64,000 nucleotides of DNA from Clostridiales bacterium (GTDB lineage Bacteria > Bacillota > Dehalobacteriia > UBA7702), in NCBI GenBank assembly GCA_040766525.1, contig JAXGQI010000001.1, forward strand, positions 45,346 to 109,345, read 5' to 3'. Each line of letters opens with the position of its first letter. Positions within the stretch are counted from its first letter, which is position 1. Positions 9,802-20,931 of the stretch are shown here, one piece after another. The notes below the pieces were generated by a model. That model worked only from the letters and a program-made list of their open reading frames with translations. It was not told the DNA's origin and did no database searches. The position numbers were made by a program, and so were the translations under genes.

Positions 9802-11160
9802 TTACTCTTTTTTATCCGATGCTTCCCCAACATTTTCTTGGCACTGATTCTTCATCACATACATCCGATCATCGGCAATCCGCATAACCGTATTAAAATC
9901 ATGCCCCTCTTTCGGGAAAACGGCTTGGCCGATGCTAACAACGATGGGGATCTTATGCTCTTGATATCTGAATTCCTGCGCAAGATCTTTCTCCATCTGT
10001 TTACTAATCCTATCTATTTCCTCAGCGGTGTCCAAATGGCTAAAGACAACAAGGAACTCGTCTCCGCCCAATCTAAAGATCGCACCCTGCTTCCAGTACA
10101 TCCTCGTCAATTCATTCGCGATATGCTTTAAGACCTCATCGCCAACATGATGGCCATAATGATCGTTGATCGATTTGAACCGATCCACATCTAAAACAAT
10201 GATCCCAATGAACTTATCTTTGTTATAGATATTGAAAATATTTTCCTCATAATAGTCCAAATAGCGCCGATTGAAAAGATTGGTCAAACCGTCAATATTA
10301 GCTTGTTTTTTCACTTGGATGTTTTTCTGATGACTGTAAGCGAATAAGACACCGAAAATCAGGGAAAACAAAATCGAAATGACATAAAACGCCGGCATAA
10401 TCTGGTCAATCAGATCATCATGTTTCGCGGAAATCGCCAAGATATATGAAGAATCGAAAAACTGATCGTTTCGGTGATATGGTCATCATCGACGATGGCG
10501 GGATCACTAAAAAATCAAACTTCGGGCTTCATCATTTTTGTACATCGCGACATTTAAATCCCTGAAGCTCTGGCGTATTGCAGGAAAACACTGTTCACCT
10601 CGTCCGCTTTTAAGACGATACTGATTTGCCCCCAATACTCACCTTCCGAGATAAACGGCGCGCGGGCGATATACCCCTTCCCACCCTGTACCAAATCAAT
10701 AGGACCGATAAAACCGGCTCCAGAGTTTCCTTCACTTTCAAGATACTATCTCTGTTCGATTCCACTTTGGCCAAATCCACATTGATGACGGTCAGCTTCT
10801 TCCTCTGGATAAACGAACAGCATCGTGGTATCTTTGATAATGCCGATATTTAAAATCAACTCATCTTCTTCCAGAAGAGTATCCAAATACACTACGGTCA
10901 ATTCATCCGATAAGGTTTTGGATACTTTCTCCAAGGAGATGATATAGGCTTGATAACCTTTCAAAAGATTTAGTTTGGATTTTATCGTCTCTTCAAAAAA
11001 ATTTGCAACATCATTGACATTTTGCATCGCATTAATATTGTCTTTTTGTTTTTGAACTTGATCGTCGTGTATGTAATCGCATAAAATAGATGAACATACG
11101 ATAAAAATAATAATCCCGTAGATAACCGATTTGTAGAGCGACTTTTTCATTACATCTTTC
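9802..11160 (-). pseudogene. TM / dCache-like sensor / TM / GGDEF diguanylate cyclase, broken by at least 3 frameshifts between 10440 and 10600
   Basis: ORF 10746..11300 gives TM1 and a periplasmic domain. The continuation GPIDLVQGGKGYIARAPFISEGEYWGQISIVL and NVAMYKNDEARSLIF lie in other frames. Then comes TM2 (MPAFYVISILFSLIFG) and the GGDEF domain (RLGGDEF) in ORF 9802..10440. Shifts fall at A6 and T6 runs. Confidence 0.7.
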
Positions 11161-11510
11161 ATCTGTAACTGTATGACTTCTGCACTCCGATGAGCTGCAT
11201 TGTCATATCCTCCTCCTGTTTTGGCGAAATAGCCCGGGGATGCAAATACACGCGAACAAAAAATGCCGGCGTCAAATCCTTTTATCACTTGCATCCGCAT
11301 GAGGCGGAGCCCAATTCACCTCATTCATCACAAACACGACCAAACGGTCATGCGTTTCATCATCGGATTCTTCTTCTAGGCTATTACGATTATTCAAAAA
11401 AGCTCTTCTGTATCTGATCTCGCCTTCCTTCTTACTTCAGTCCACCTTCTTGTTTTGCCTCGGGCACTAAGGTCTCCAAACCTGTACCCTAGGATCCTCT
11501 TCTCCCCTGT

Positions 11511-14100
11511 TTATTCCTTGATTTCCGCCACATTTTCACTTTCTTCTTCCAAAATTCGAACAAAAACCCCCACGACGCGGGGATCAAATTGGGAACCGGA
11601 ACAACGCCATAATTCTTTGATGGCGTCTTCGTCATTCAATGCCTCTCTATAAGGCCGATCCGCGGTAATCGCATCATAGGTGTCCGCCACCGCCAAGATT
11701 CTTGACTGGATAGGGATTTCTTCACCCTTTTGGCCGTTCATATATCCTTTTCCATCCCATCTTTCATGATGATGCAACACAACCTCGGCAATCCCCCTAA
11801 ACTCCTGGCTGCTGCCAAGAATGCGCCAACCGATTTCGGCATGGGTTTTGATAATATCATATTCTTCAGTCAGAAGTCTCCCCGGCTTATTCAAAATTCT
11901 TTCCGGAATACCGATCTTGCCGATATCGTGGAGCAGTCCCGCTAATTTGATCTCATCAATCACATTCCGCTCCAGCCCCAAAGCAATCGCTACTTTCTCC
12001 GCGATAATACTTACGCGGCGGGAATGTTCCATTTCCCGCTTACTCTTTGCAAACAAAGCATTCATAACAAGCAGCACCGATTGATTCCGAATGCTGTGAA
12101 CTTGCATCATTTTACGGCGGAACATGTAATCCTCCGCCTCGGTCAAAACTTCTTCCAATTTTTTATCCGGGTCAGACTTGGTTTGGAATCCCAGTGAAAC
12201 AGACACTTGATATTGATCCGATAAATGCTTTTGCTCTGCGATTTTGACCCGTTCGATCATCTCGAGGGCTTCTTTATCACCGCAATTTGGCAGGATAACG
12301 CCGAATTCATCTCCCCCGATTCGGGCGACGGTATAGGAATGCCGGGTGGATTTCTTCAAAATTTTAGCTACGCTCTTCAAAATCTTGTCTCCCACCTGAT
12401 AACCGAAAATATCATTGGCGGTTTTCAACCCGTTCACATCGCCGACAATCACCGCATACGGCAATTTCTTCGTTTTTTCCAACCGCGCCAATTCACTTTC
12501 AAAATACCGGCGATTATATAAACCGGTCAAATAATCATGATCGCTGATATAGCGTATCTCCTCATAGGCCTTTTCTCTTTCCGTAACATCGAAAATAATA
12601 GAATAGAGCAGCGTTTCGCCATCGAAATTGATCGGGCAGGAATACACGTCCACCGTTCGAAGCTCACCGGTTTTCAGACGATGCGGAAAGGTAAAATATT
12701 TCTGTCCTTTTTTTAGGGCTTTCATCCGCAGCCGCGCAATCTCAGCTTCATCCAAAGTATTGATATCTTGAATCGTCATATGGAGCAGTTCATCCTTAGA
12801 ATAGCCGTAATAGGCAGACGCCGCCGGATTGCAGTCCCGGATCTTGCCCGTTAACGGCTCGAGCAACAACATAACGGCCTCATGGCCGTTAAACATCGCT
12901 TCCATTTGATGGGCCAGCGCTTCCGCCTTCAACTGGCTGTTTTTATTCTCCACGGCCAACCAAACGCCGTTCATCAGCATGATCATCTCATAAACATCGG
13001 CGTCGTCATAATCGAAATCCTTGTTCCCGAACCCCACCACGGCAACGATCTTATTATCGACAAACATGGGGATCGACATATATCGTTTTAAAGGGATATG
13101 CCCCACGGGGAATCCTCTTTTGGCCGGATTGGGTTGTTCAAAATCATTGATGATGAGGGGTTTCCGATAGCGAACAACATCCCCCCAAATACCGGTATTT
13201 TCTAATTTATATTCCGTTTTCTGATCTTTAACAGCACAGGCATCAAGCACTCGTTTGTCCAAGCGTGGTTAGTAAATTCCTTTTGTTTTCATCATAAAAG
13301 AAGATATAACCGTATTTCGGACTTTTGTCAATTCCAAAAGCTTCTGTAGGCATACCCAAGCTGATCTTGGGTATTTTCAAAGTCTCTCAGCAAGCATCCG
13401 GTAATGATGCGATTCCGCTCCGCAAACTTCGGATCTGCTCTTCCCGCTGCTTCTCCTGGGTGATATCGCGAATATAGGAGCCGACCCCAATTTTATCGTT
13501 GCCAATGGGAACAGGGAATTTTACTGCTTCATATCTACTCTCTCCTATCGCCTCATAAAAGACAAGGGTCTCATTTTTCCGCAATACTTCCTGATCACTT
13601 CTGCGGCACTCCGCAGCGGCCGCTTGGGGCAATAATTCGAAATCGGTTTTACCGATCAAACTCTCCATATCCTGTTGAAAAAACTCCGCGACTTTTTGAT
13701 TGGAAAGAACAACGCGAAACCGATCATCTTTCAGAAGGATCATGGATTGGCTGGCATTGATATATTTTTCATACTTTTTTCTTTTTTGGATCAGCTCATT
13801 TTCAAATGCCTTTTTCTTCTGTGATATCTTGGCAGAATCCCAGATAACGATCTTCCTCAATTTTTCTGGTATTGACCACAACCCAACGCACTTCTCCTGC
13901 CTTTGTACAATAACGGGTTTCATGTGCAGTACCGCCACCAGTATCAATGATCGTATTGGCGTACCGGTGATTTTTGCATATCCTCAGCAACAAAAGATCC
14001 AGGATATTCATTTGCCTTAATTCCGCCTCTGTATATCCTGTAAGTCGGCACACTGCAGTATTGATATCCAAGCACTGTCCACTACCATTAACTAAAAAAC
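11511..14100 (-). pseudogene. large PAS-PAS-GAF-PAS-GGDEF-HD-GYP c-di-GMP signalling protein, interrupted by several frameshifts
   Basis: ORF 11511..13262 holds the GAF C-terminus, a PAS domain, GGDEF (RIGGDEFGV) and HD-GYP (HHERWDGKGY). ORFs 13387..13947 and 13802..14071 are PAS domains in other frames. The GAF N-terminus lies between 13262 and 13387. Confidence 0.65.
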
Positions 14101-15049
14101 TCCATAAGGAGTAATATCAAAATAGCGTTCACACCAATATCCGCTTTGGGCTCCCTCTTTTGGCCGGCACGGGCTCCCCCCCATTGATCATAACAATGCG
14201 GTGCCCTTTTTCCCTCGGAAAGGAACGCAAAACAAAACCACAGATCCCCCCATACGAGCGTCTTGGTAAATTCGTTTTCCTCAGCAGATAGGATCGCATT
14301 CCCAACGAACGCAAATAAATCATGGTCCGGGACGATGCCGAAAACCAAATCCGTCATCCGCTTCCCGATAAAAACCGTCTCTTCCAAACCAAACAGTTCA
14401 ACTAAAGCCATTGACCTCAACCACTTCATAATCACATGGAAATTCGGAACAATCCTCAAGAATCCTTAAAAGAGCATATCCTGTTGGCCTTAATTCCCCA
14501 CCCAACCCTACATTCATCTTGATCTACCTCTAAATATGTTTTTGCTTAAAGCTGTTTCCAAAGCATGTCATCTGCAAAAGCATAAAAGACGATGACATCC
14601 ATCGCAGACCGAAAACCACCTGGGTCTATACTGTTTGTCATGAATCCTAGCGCGAAAATGCCCGCTCTATGATCCGCATCGCCGATATCTTTGGCTGCAT
14701 TATTCTTCCTGATGCGATCAAGGGGCCGCATGCTTAGTCGATTATTGTAAGCATATCAACTATTTTGTTTATTATAGCATAGATTTCCTCATCTGCTCAA
14801 CAGAAAATTATAGTTATTCAAAAAATTGTGATGATTATTATTGCAATAAACACATTGAACCGAAAAGGAACCCCAACCGCCGCCGATCCAAACCCTTGGG
14901 CAAGTGTAGAAACCCGAATTTCCCTCGATAATTATGCTAATTGATCGAAAATAACGACTTGGTTTCTGCCTCTCCTGCCACTTGCGAGGAACCCTTCCGA
15001 TAACAGGCTCCTTTCGCCAAAATGGGCGAAGCCCTCGCAAAACAACAAT

Positions 15050-15078
15050 AAAAGAGCTTCGGTTATAAACTGAAGCTC
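15050..15078 (-). terminator. hairpin GAGCTTCGGTTATAAACTGAAGCTC with a T run on the minus strand
   Basis: Near-identical copy of the hairpin at 15228..15262; see the finding on this pair. Confidence 0.4.
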
Positions 15079-15227
15079 CAGATTGTCGACAAAGTCGACA
15101 AGATGAGAGACATAAGACAAAGGCCAAGAGCTAGGAAAAGCAAAGTCCCTGGACGCGTAGCGTATATGGACATACGAAAGCGGTCAGGGGCTTTGATTTG
15201 ACAACGCTATCGGCTTTTGCCTAGTAT

Positions 15228-15262
15228 AAAAGAGCTTCGGTTTATAACCGAAGCTCTTTTTA
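15228..15262 (-). terminator. bidirectional intrinsic terminator downstream of mttB (AAAAGAGCTTCGGTTTATAACCGAAGCTCTTTTT)
   Basis: Perfect 10-bp stem flanked by an A run and a T run, about 80 nt after the mttB stop. Confidence 0.65.
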
Positions 15263-15340
15263 TCGGGCTTTACGCCCAACATATGGGGAAGGTCCGTTAT
15301 AATGTAAAGACGATGCTGCTCTGTCCCTTCCCCAAACCAA

Positions 15341-16808
15341 TTACTTTAAACCGTATTCTTCCTTTGCTTCTTCAATGATGTCTTGGAAACCGGCTTCTAC
15401 TCCGGGAGCCAAAGCGGGAACTTTGTGGCTCGCCAAAATTCTGGCAGCTTCCGCATAGGCTCTTTCCGCCAGATCGGTTTTCCCTTCCAATTCCCAAGTT
15501 TCTCTCATTGTACGGCAGAACAATTTGCTCGTGCTCTGTTCTTTGCGGAACCGTTCAAAGGTATGGGGATGGCTGACCATTTCCCCACCGGGACCCACTT
15601 CTTTGATCAAATCAACAGCCAGATTATCATCGGTGATCTTGATCCCTGCGATAACCCGTTTAATCATCGTATAAATCTCATTATCGATGACCAATTGGGC
15701 AAAGTCGAAGGTAATCCCCAGATCCAACATCCCCGCGCCGTAAATCAAGTTAGCGCCACCCTGGGCAGCTAAAAGAGCGGTCAATGTTTTTTCATGGGCT
15801 GCTTGGCCATCAGGAACTTTGCTGTCTGCCTAACCACCCGCTACGAAACTGGGCAGTTTATAGAATTGGGCCAAACGAGCAACGGAAGCGCTGATCATCC
15901 CCAATTCCGGAGCGCCTACCGGCGCCGTGGTATAACGCATATCCATAATCGTGGTGGAACTTGCATAGATGCAGGCCGCACCCTTCTTCGTCAATTGTGA
16001 AAGCACAATAACGCTAAGAACTTCGGCATTATGGGTAGCCAAGGTCCCCGCCAAGGTGACGGGAGAAGTAGCACCCGCCATCGCCATGGAAATAATATTG
16101 ATTGGAATACCCGCTTCCGCCGCCAACATCACGACGTCGGTGCATTCGGGAATCAGCTTTAATAAACTGGTGGGGCAAACATTAAAGGTAATCAGGGGGC
16201 GGCGCTTTAATTCTTCTTCGCCACCGGCAACCAAAGCAGCCATACGGATGATTTTCGCAGCATTCACGGCTCCATCAGGCCCGATAAAAAAGTGCTTGGT
16301 CGTATTAGGAAAATCGCTTCCGCATTGTGCAGAGCTTGAATCGGTCCGGGAATATCCTGGGAAGCGACAGCACGATAAGTGATATCCAAATTATCCAAAT
16401 AATCGCTTAATATGGCGGCATTTTTAAATCCTGTTTGGTGCTGGGACGATACTCTTCGTTTCCATATCGCGAACGACAACACCTTCACCGAAATTCACAA
16501 AACCGACCCGGTTCTTTTCAACGATATAATCTTTTTCAGGATCTCTTTGCGGCCAATAACTGATGGCGGCGCAGTCTTCACCGCGTCTTCCACAATATAG
16601 GAAGGGATGCGAACAATATGGGTTTTCGGGTCAACGACGCAGCCACCCGCCGCAAATCTTCCCGTGCTTCAACGCTGTCAACCCGAACGCCTACATTATA
16701 CAGAATATCAAGAGACGCCAAATGGATCGTTTCTAACTCATCTTGAGAGTAGCCAACGATACCGAAACTTCCTAAACCGTTAAAAACAGCCTGTGTGTTT
16801 CTACTCAT
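15341..16808 (-). CDS. mttB: trimethylamine:corrinoid methyltransferase MttB with an in-frame amber (UAG) codon at the conserved pyrrolysine position; the N-terminal half has about 4 apparent frameshifts
   Basis: C-terminal 290 aa are one frame. Plus-strand 15830..15832 is CTA, giving TAG on the minus strand, in the context [32 protein letters not shown]. The MttB motifs [32 protein letters not shown] and [19 protein letters not shown] are present. The N-terminus ([23 protein letters not shown]) and the middle pieces (ORFs 16578..16838 and 16264..16488) are in other frames. Confidence 0.75.
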
Positions 16809-16861
16809 ATTCTCCTCCTTTGTACATTTTCTTTGCAATTTTTACTACACGCATACTAATT

Positions 16862-16877
16862 GCAAATCATATGCCAT
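16862..16877 (-). promoter_or_regulatory. sigma-54 (-24/-12) promoter for mttB: TGGCAT-ATGAT-TTGCA
   Basis: The reverse complement of 16862..16877 matches TGGCAC-N5-TTGCW except the last base of the -24 element. It sits about 55 nt upstream of the mttB ATG. The palindrome TGCAATATTGCA and a direct repeat ATATTGCATTAAA x2 at about 16955..17000 are candidate activator sites. Confidence 0.55.
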
Positions 16878-17073
16878 GAAAGGAGGCGAAACAAAATATT
16901 TTCTCCCCTCTTGGAACAGGGCGTTTTCATTTACACAAAATGAAACGCCCCAATGCTACTGCAATATTGCATTAAACATGCGCTCATATTGCATTAAAAC
17001 ATTGTGGCGACCCTCATTTATATCAAGTTTTTTGGCTCAAATTGACTTTATGCTGGCGCTTTACCTAATGCGT

Positions 17074-18867
17074 TTACGCATTAGAATCATCCGCATCTCC
17101 GCTTGTTGCTTTCAATTTGTTCAAGATACGCACTACGGTGCTTTGATTGACCCCCAATGCTTGCGCCGCTTTATAGGTCGTCCCGAATTTTTCATAGGCG
17201 CCTTTAATCAAGAGATTTTCCAATTCGATCCGCGCTTCCTGCAAGGGAACGATCCCGGTACAGATGATATTCCCGGAAGAACGGGCATCGGTATTCAAAA
17301 CATCCATCAATGTGTCCACGGTGATGACGTCCGCTTCCGTCGTGAGGATCAAGCGCTCAATGATATGCATCAGCTCCCGCACATTACCGGGCCAAGCATA
17401 TTTATAGAGTTCATCCATGACCTCGGGATCAAACCGCTTCTTCTGATTGTACTGCAAATTGTATCGTTTCAAAAACATATTTGCCAAGGGCAAAATGTCT
17501 TCTTTGCGCTCACATAAAGGCATCAATTTCAAAGGGATCACATTTAAGCGGTAATAAAGATCGCCTCTGAATTCTCCCTTTTGCACCATTTCCTGAAGGT
17601 TTCTGTTTGTGGCGGCAATGATCCGCACATCCAAGGGGATTCTCTTCGTATCCCCGACCCTCGTAATGGTACGGTCCTGCAAAAACTCTAAGAGTTTTAC
17701 CTGCAAAGGCAAGGGCATATCGCCGATTTCATCCAAGAAAACGGTACCCATATTGGCCATCTCAATCTTGCCGATCCGGCCGTCTTTATCCGCTCCGGTA
17801 AATGCCCCGGATTTATAACCGAAAAGCTCTGTCTCCATTAAATCCTTGGGGATCAGGCCGCAGTTGATTTTCACAAAAGGCTGCTTATGGCGGTTGCTGC
17901 ATTGATAGATCAAATCGGCGACAACTTCTTTCCCGGTCCCCGATTCCCCTTCGATCAGCACCGTAACATCGGTAGGAGCGATTTTGGTAACAATCTTCTG
18001 GATGCGCTGCATTGCGGCGCTTTCAAACACATATTCTTTTTGATCGGCAACTCTTTGCCGCAGAATTTCCAATTCCCGTTTTTGCAGGTCGATCTCCTGG
18101 ATCATCCCGGCGATCTTTTCCAAAAGCTCATTGATCTCTTTGACGTCTTTGGAGGTGCTGAGGACGGATTTGATCTTGCCGTTCTCATCATAGATCGGCA
18201 TGCCGATGGCCATGATCAGTCGGCCGGAAGAAAGACGAACCGCGCATTCCGCACGCTTCCCGGTACGCAATACTTCCATCGTGATGCTTTGCGAAATGAC
18301 CTTATCCTTCTCCATATCCGCAACATGCCGCCCGATATAATCATTCAACTTGATTTGGCAGATCTGCTCACAACGAGGATTCATATATTGGATGAAGCCG
18401 TATTCGTCGGTAATAAAAATATCATCTTCCATGACGTCGAAAATCTGCTGAAAGAATTCGATCTTCAAATCTTTTTGCCAAAGCTTCCGCCTTGCATTCA
18501 TAACCAATTGGCGAAATTGCCGAAAACGATCAATAATCCCCAGGATGTCGCCCTCTTTATTGGTAATGACCGCAATATCGCTATTATAATCTTCTAATGA
18601 CGGCATACCCGTTTCATGGGATATGGAAATCGTTACAAAATCCACATCACAATTCAAAAGGGCCAGTTTCGTTGATTCCTGCTTCGTTCTAAAAAGGTAT
18701 TCCAACAGGTCAACGCGTCGGAAAACTTTTTTAGCCGGATTCGCTAAAATGATGAACTCCCATTTCGATGAGAGGAGTTCATCAAAAATGATCGCTTTAT
18801 TGCCGGAAAAGATTTTGAAATTTTTAATCAGAACTTCTTCCAGTTCAAAATAATCGCTATTCGTCAT
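17074..18867 (-). CDS. sigma-54-dependent transcriptional activator (PrpR_N-like sensor, PAS, AAA+ sigma-54 interaction domain, Fis-type HTH)
   Basis: GESGTGKEVVA Walker A, ELFGYKSGAFTGA GAFTGA motif, C-terminal HTH (AAQALGVNQSTVVRILNK); 597 aa intact. Confidence 0.85.
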   Translation of the reverse strand: MTNSDYFELEEVLIKNFKIFSGNKAIIFDELLSSKWEFIILANPAKKVFRRVDLLEYLFRTKQESTKLALLNCDVDFVTISISHETGMPSLEDYNSDIAVITNKEGDILGIIDRFRQFRQLVMNARRKLWQKDLKIEFFQQIFDVMEDDIFITDEYGFIQYMNPRCEQICQIKLNDYIGRHVADMEKDKVISQSITMEVLRTGKRAECAVRLSSGRLIMAIGMPIYDENGKIKSVLSTSKDVKEINELLEKIAGMIQEIDLQKRELEILRQRVADQKEYVFESAAMQRIQKIVTKIAPTDVTVLIEGESGTGKEVVADLIYQCSNRHKQPFVKINCGLIPKDLMETELFGYKSGAFTGADKDGRIGKIEMANMGTVFLDEIGDMPLPLQVKLLEFLQDRTITRVGDTKRIPLDVRIIAATNRNLQEMVQKGEFRGDLYYRLNVIPLKLMPLCERKEDILPLANMFLKRYNLQYNQKKRFDPEVMDELYKYAWPGNVRELMHIIERLILTTEADVITVDTLMDVLNTDARSSGNIICTGIVPLQEARIELENLLIKGAYEKFGTTYKAAQALGVNQSTVVRILNKLKATSGDADDSNA

Positions 18868-18971
18868 CGTCCGCCTCCGCTATTATTATAGTTGTTTTTG
18901 GGAGGAAGGTCAAACTTAAAAAAAATGGAGGATGTGTTAACATCCTCCAGGAAGATTGTCGGCAGATGATT

Positions 18972-20382
18972 TTATTCTCTATTGAGGGCTTTCTTGTAAG
19001 CTGCATCTACCGCTTTGGCATATTCTTCAGGAAGAGGATCGGTAACATGATTATGATACAAATCCAAAGCTTTTTCCATCGCTCTGTCATGGTAGGATTT
19101 TGGATCCGCATTCCAACCTTCATAGCTATTTCTTTCACAGAGGGTAGGTTTCCAAAGTTCGCTACGCAGGTAACGGATGGTATGCTCATTGCCTAAGAAA
19201 TTGCGTTCTCCGTTGACAACTTCGCGGATTGCTTCCACTGCCATGGTGTCCTTATTGACTTTTTCGCCTCTGACAGCGCGTTTAATAATGGAGGAAATTT
19301 CATCATCCATTACGATGGTACGATAATCAGAAATCAAAGCATTATCAAAAGCACCGGCGGTTCCTAAAATGCTGGCGCCGGTCAAGGCAGGAACGAGGGC
19401 GTTGAACATGCGTTCAAAACCGCTTTGTTCATCGGAAACCTTCGAGGAGCCGGAGAAACCGGTGGGTTCACTGGGAATCCCATAATAGAGCGCCATTTGA
19501 TGGGAACATGCGCCCGCCAAACCCATTTCAGGAGCAGCCCAAAGGCCAACAGCGGTTCTCATATCGATGAAAGTTACCCGAGGAGACATACACAGGGTGA
19601 CCGGGTTTCATCAACTGAGCGACAACAACGCCGGCCAGCATTTCCGCATTGTGCATCACAACGGAACCGATCAAAGTCATGGGGCTGGTAGCACCCATCA
19701 TGCAGCAGGGAATGATCCCCAAAGGCAATCCGGCTTCAACCGTATCAATCAAACCATTGGCGGGGCCTTCAGCATAGTCCAAGGGGCTAATGGGCGATAC
19801 TTGGAGATATGCGGTGGGTTTTGCCAACAAATTATCCATACCGCCAACTGCGGCAGCCAAGACTTCAGGAATATAGCGCATTTCATGATCGGATTCGATG
19901 CAAATGTGCAAAGGTTTGGAAGTATTTTTGACCTGAGCAACAACTTCCGAGGTGACAGCGGCATGTTCAGGAGCGTCTTTGGGGAAGATCGCGGAAACGA
20001 TGTCGATATTTTCCAAACCGTCGCAAACACGGACATGATCTTCCAAGTCTTTATATACGACAGGACGTCTTTCGCCTGTTTCAATATCAAGAATGAAGGG
20101 GCAGCCGATACAAGTTTGCGCATAGACTTCGCCGGAACCTAAATGAACGTCATTTTTGCCGTTTCTGCTGTAAAGGGTGAACTGGGAAGGAGCCGATTTA
20201 ATGGCTTTTTCCACCAATTCTCTGGTGAAATAGACGGTACCGTCTTTGACTTCCAGCCCAACTCTGGCGCAGGTTTCCAAAAATCTCTTGGAAGTCGCCC
20301 GCACACCTATTGTTTCCAAAATTTCCAATGTGGACTCATGGATCGCTTCAACATCTTCTTTGCTTAGATAATTGAACAACAT
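18972..20382 (-). pseudogene. MttB-superfamily methyltransferase without a pyrrolysine codon (MtgB/MtcB/MtpB-like quaternary-amine:corrinoid methyltransferase); one frameshift near 19560
   Basis: MttB-family similarity throughout (LSKEDVEAIHESTLEILETIGV, MGATSPMTLIGSVVMHNAEMLAG). The shift falls between VYVSSG and FIDMRTAVGLW. The Pyl-equivalent region reads YGIPSEPTGFSGSS with no stop. The start is placed at MLFNY, which has an AAGGAG RBS. Confidence 0.7.
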
Positions 20383-20581
20383 AATAATTCTCCTTTTCTT
20401 TTTGAAATAGCTATATTTTGGTCTCCGTTGGCACGAAGCACCGAAGCCGAATAAAATGGCATATACCGGTTGCCTTTTACCAAATGCGAACGCCTTCCTT
20501 ACATGCAGCCTGAGTTTTTTGTGGAACTTCCCACCGACCATTGGCTAGATCATGGAATCGCGCACACATCGATCTATTAAT

Positions 20582-20597
20582 TGCAAGATTTGTGCCA
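20582..20597 (-). promoter_or_regulatory. sigma-54 promoter TGGCAC-AAATC-TTGCA for the second MttB-family gene
   Basis: Perfect consensus on the minus strand, about 200 nt upstream of the ATG. The palindrome AATGCAA-CT-TTGCATT at about 20686..20703 is a candidate activator site. Confidence 0.65.
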
Positions 20598-20931
20598 TTA
20601 TTTCAAAATAATCAACTTTTTCTTACTCCCCCGCTAACGAAGGTTTTCAACTTCAAATTATTGTCATCATACGACAAAAGCAAATGCAACTTTGCATTCG
20701 CTTTCAACAAAAATCCCTATTTTGCACAAGATTTCACGGAAAAGAAAGATATTTTATCACCAATATCCCGCCATTATAGCAGATGATGTATCACCGCATT
20801 CCCAAATATGCGTATGTGCATTAGATTTATTTGCGCCGATCTCTCCGGCACGGAATCCCGTTGCCCTGCCCTCGTTTTTCAATGAGCGCCAAAGCAAACA
20901 CACCTACCCCAACAGTAACAATGGGGCAGGA

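Noticed and set aside
15830-15832. In-frame TAG in mttB read as a nonsense mutation or pseudogene
   Set aside because: The stop falls at the motif position where pyrrolysine-containing MttB enzymes carry their amber codon (G-G-Pyl-x-D-x-K-V-P-D, as recalled). The downstream 146 codons stay in frame and are highly conserved, so programmed Pyl decoding is far more likely.
20420-20440. TGGCAC-GAAGC-ACCG on the plus strand (sigma-54-like -24 box)
   Set aside because: It lacks a GC-containing -12 element and points away from any gene. The true promoter is on the minus strand at 20582..20597.
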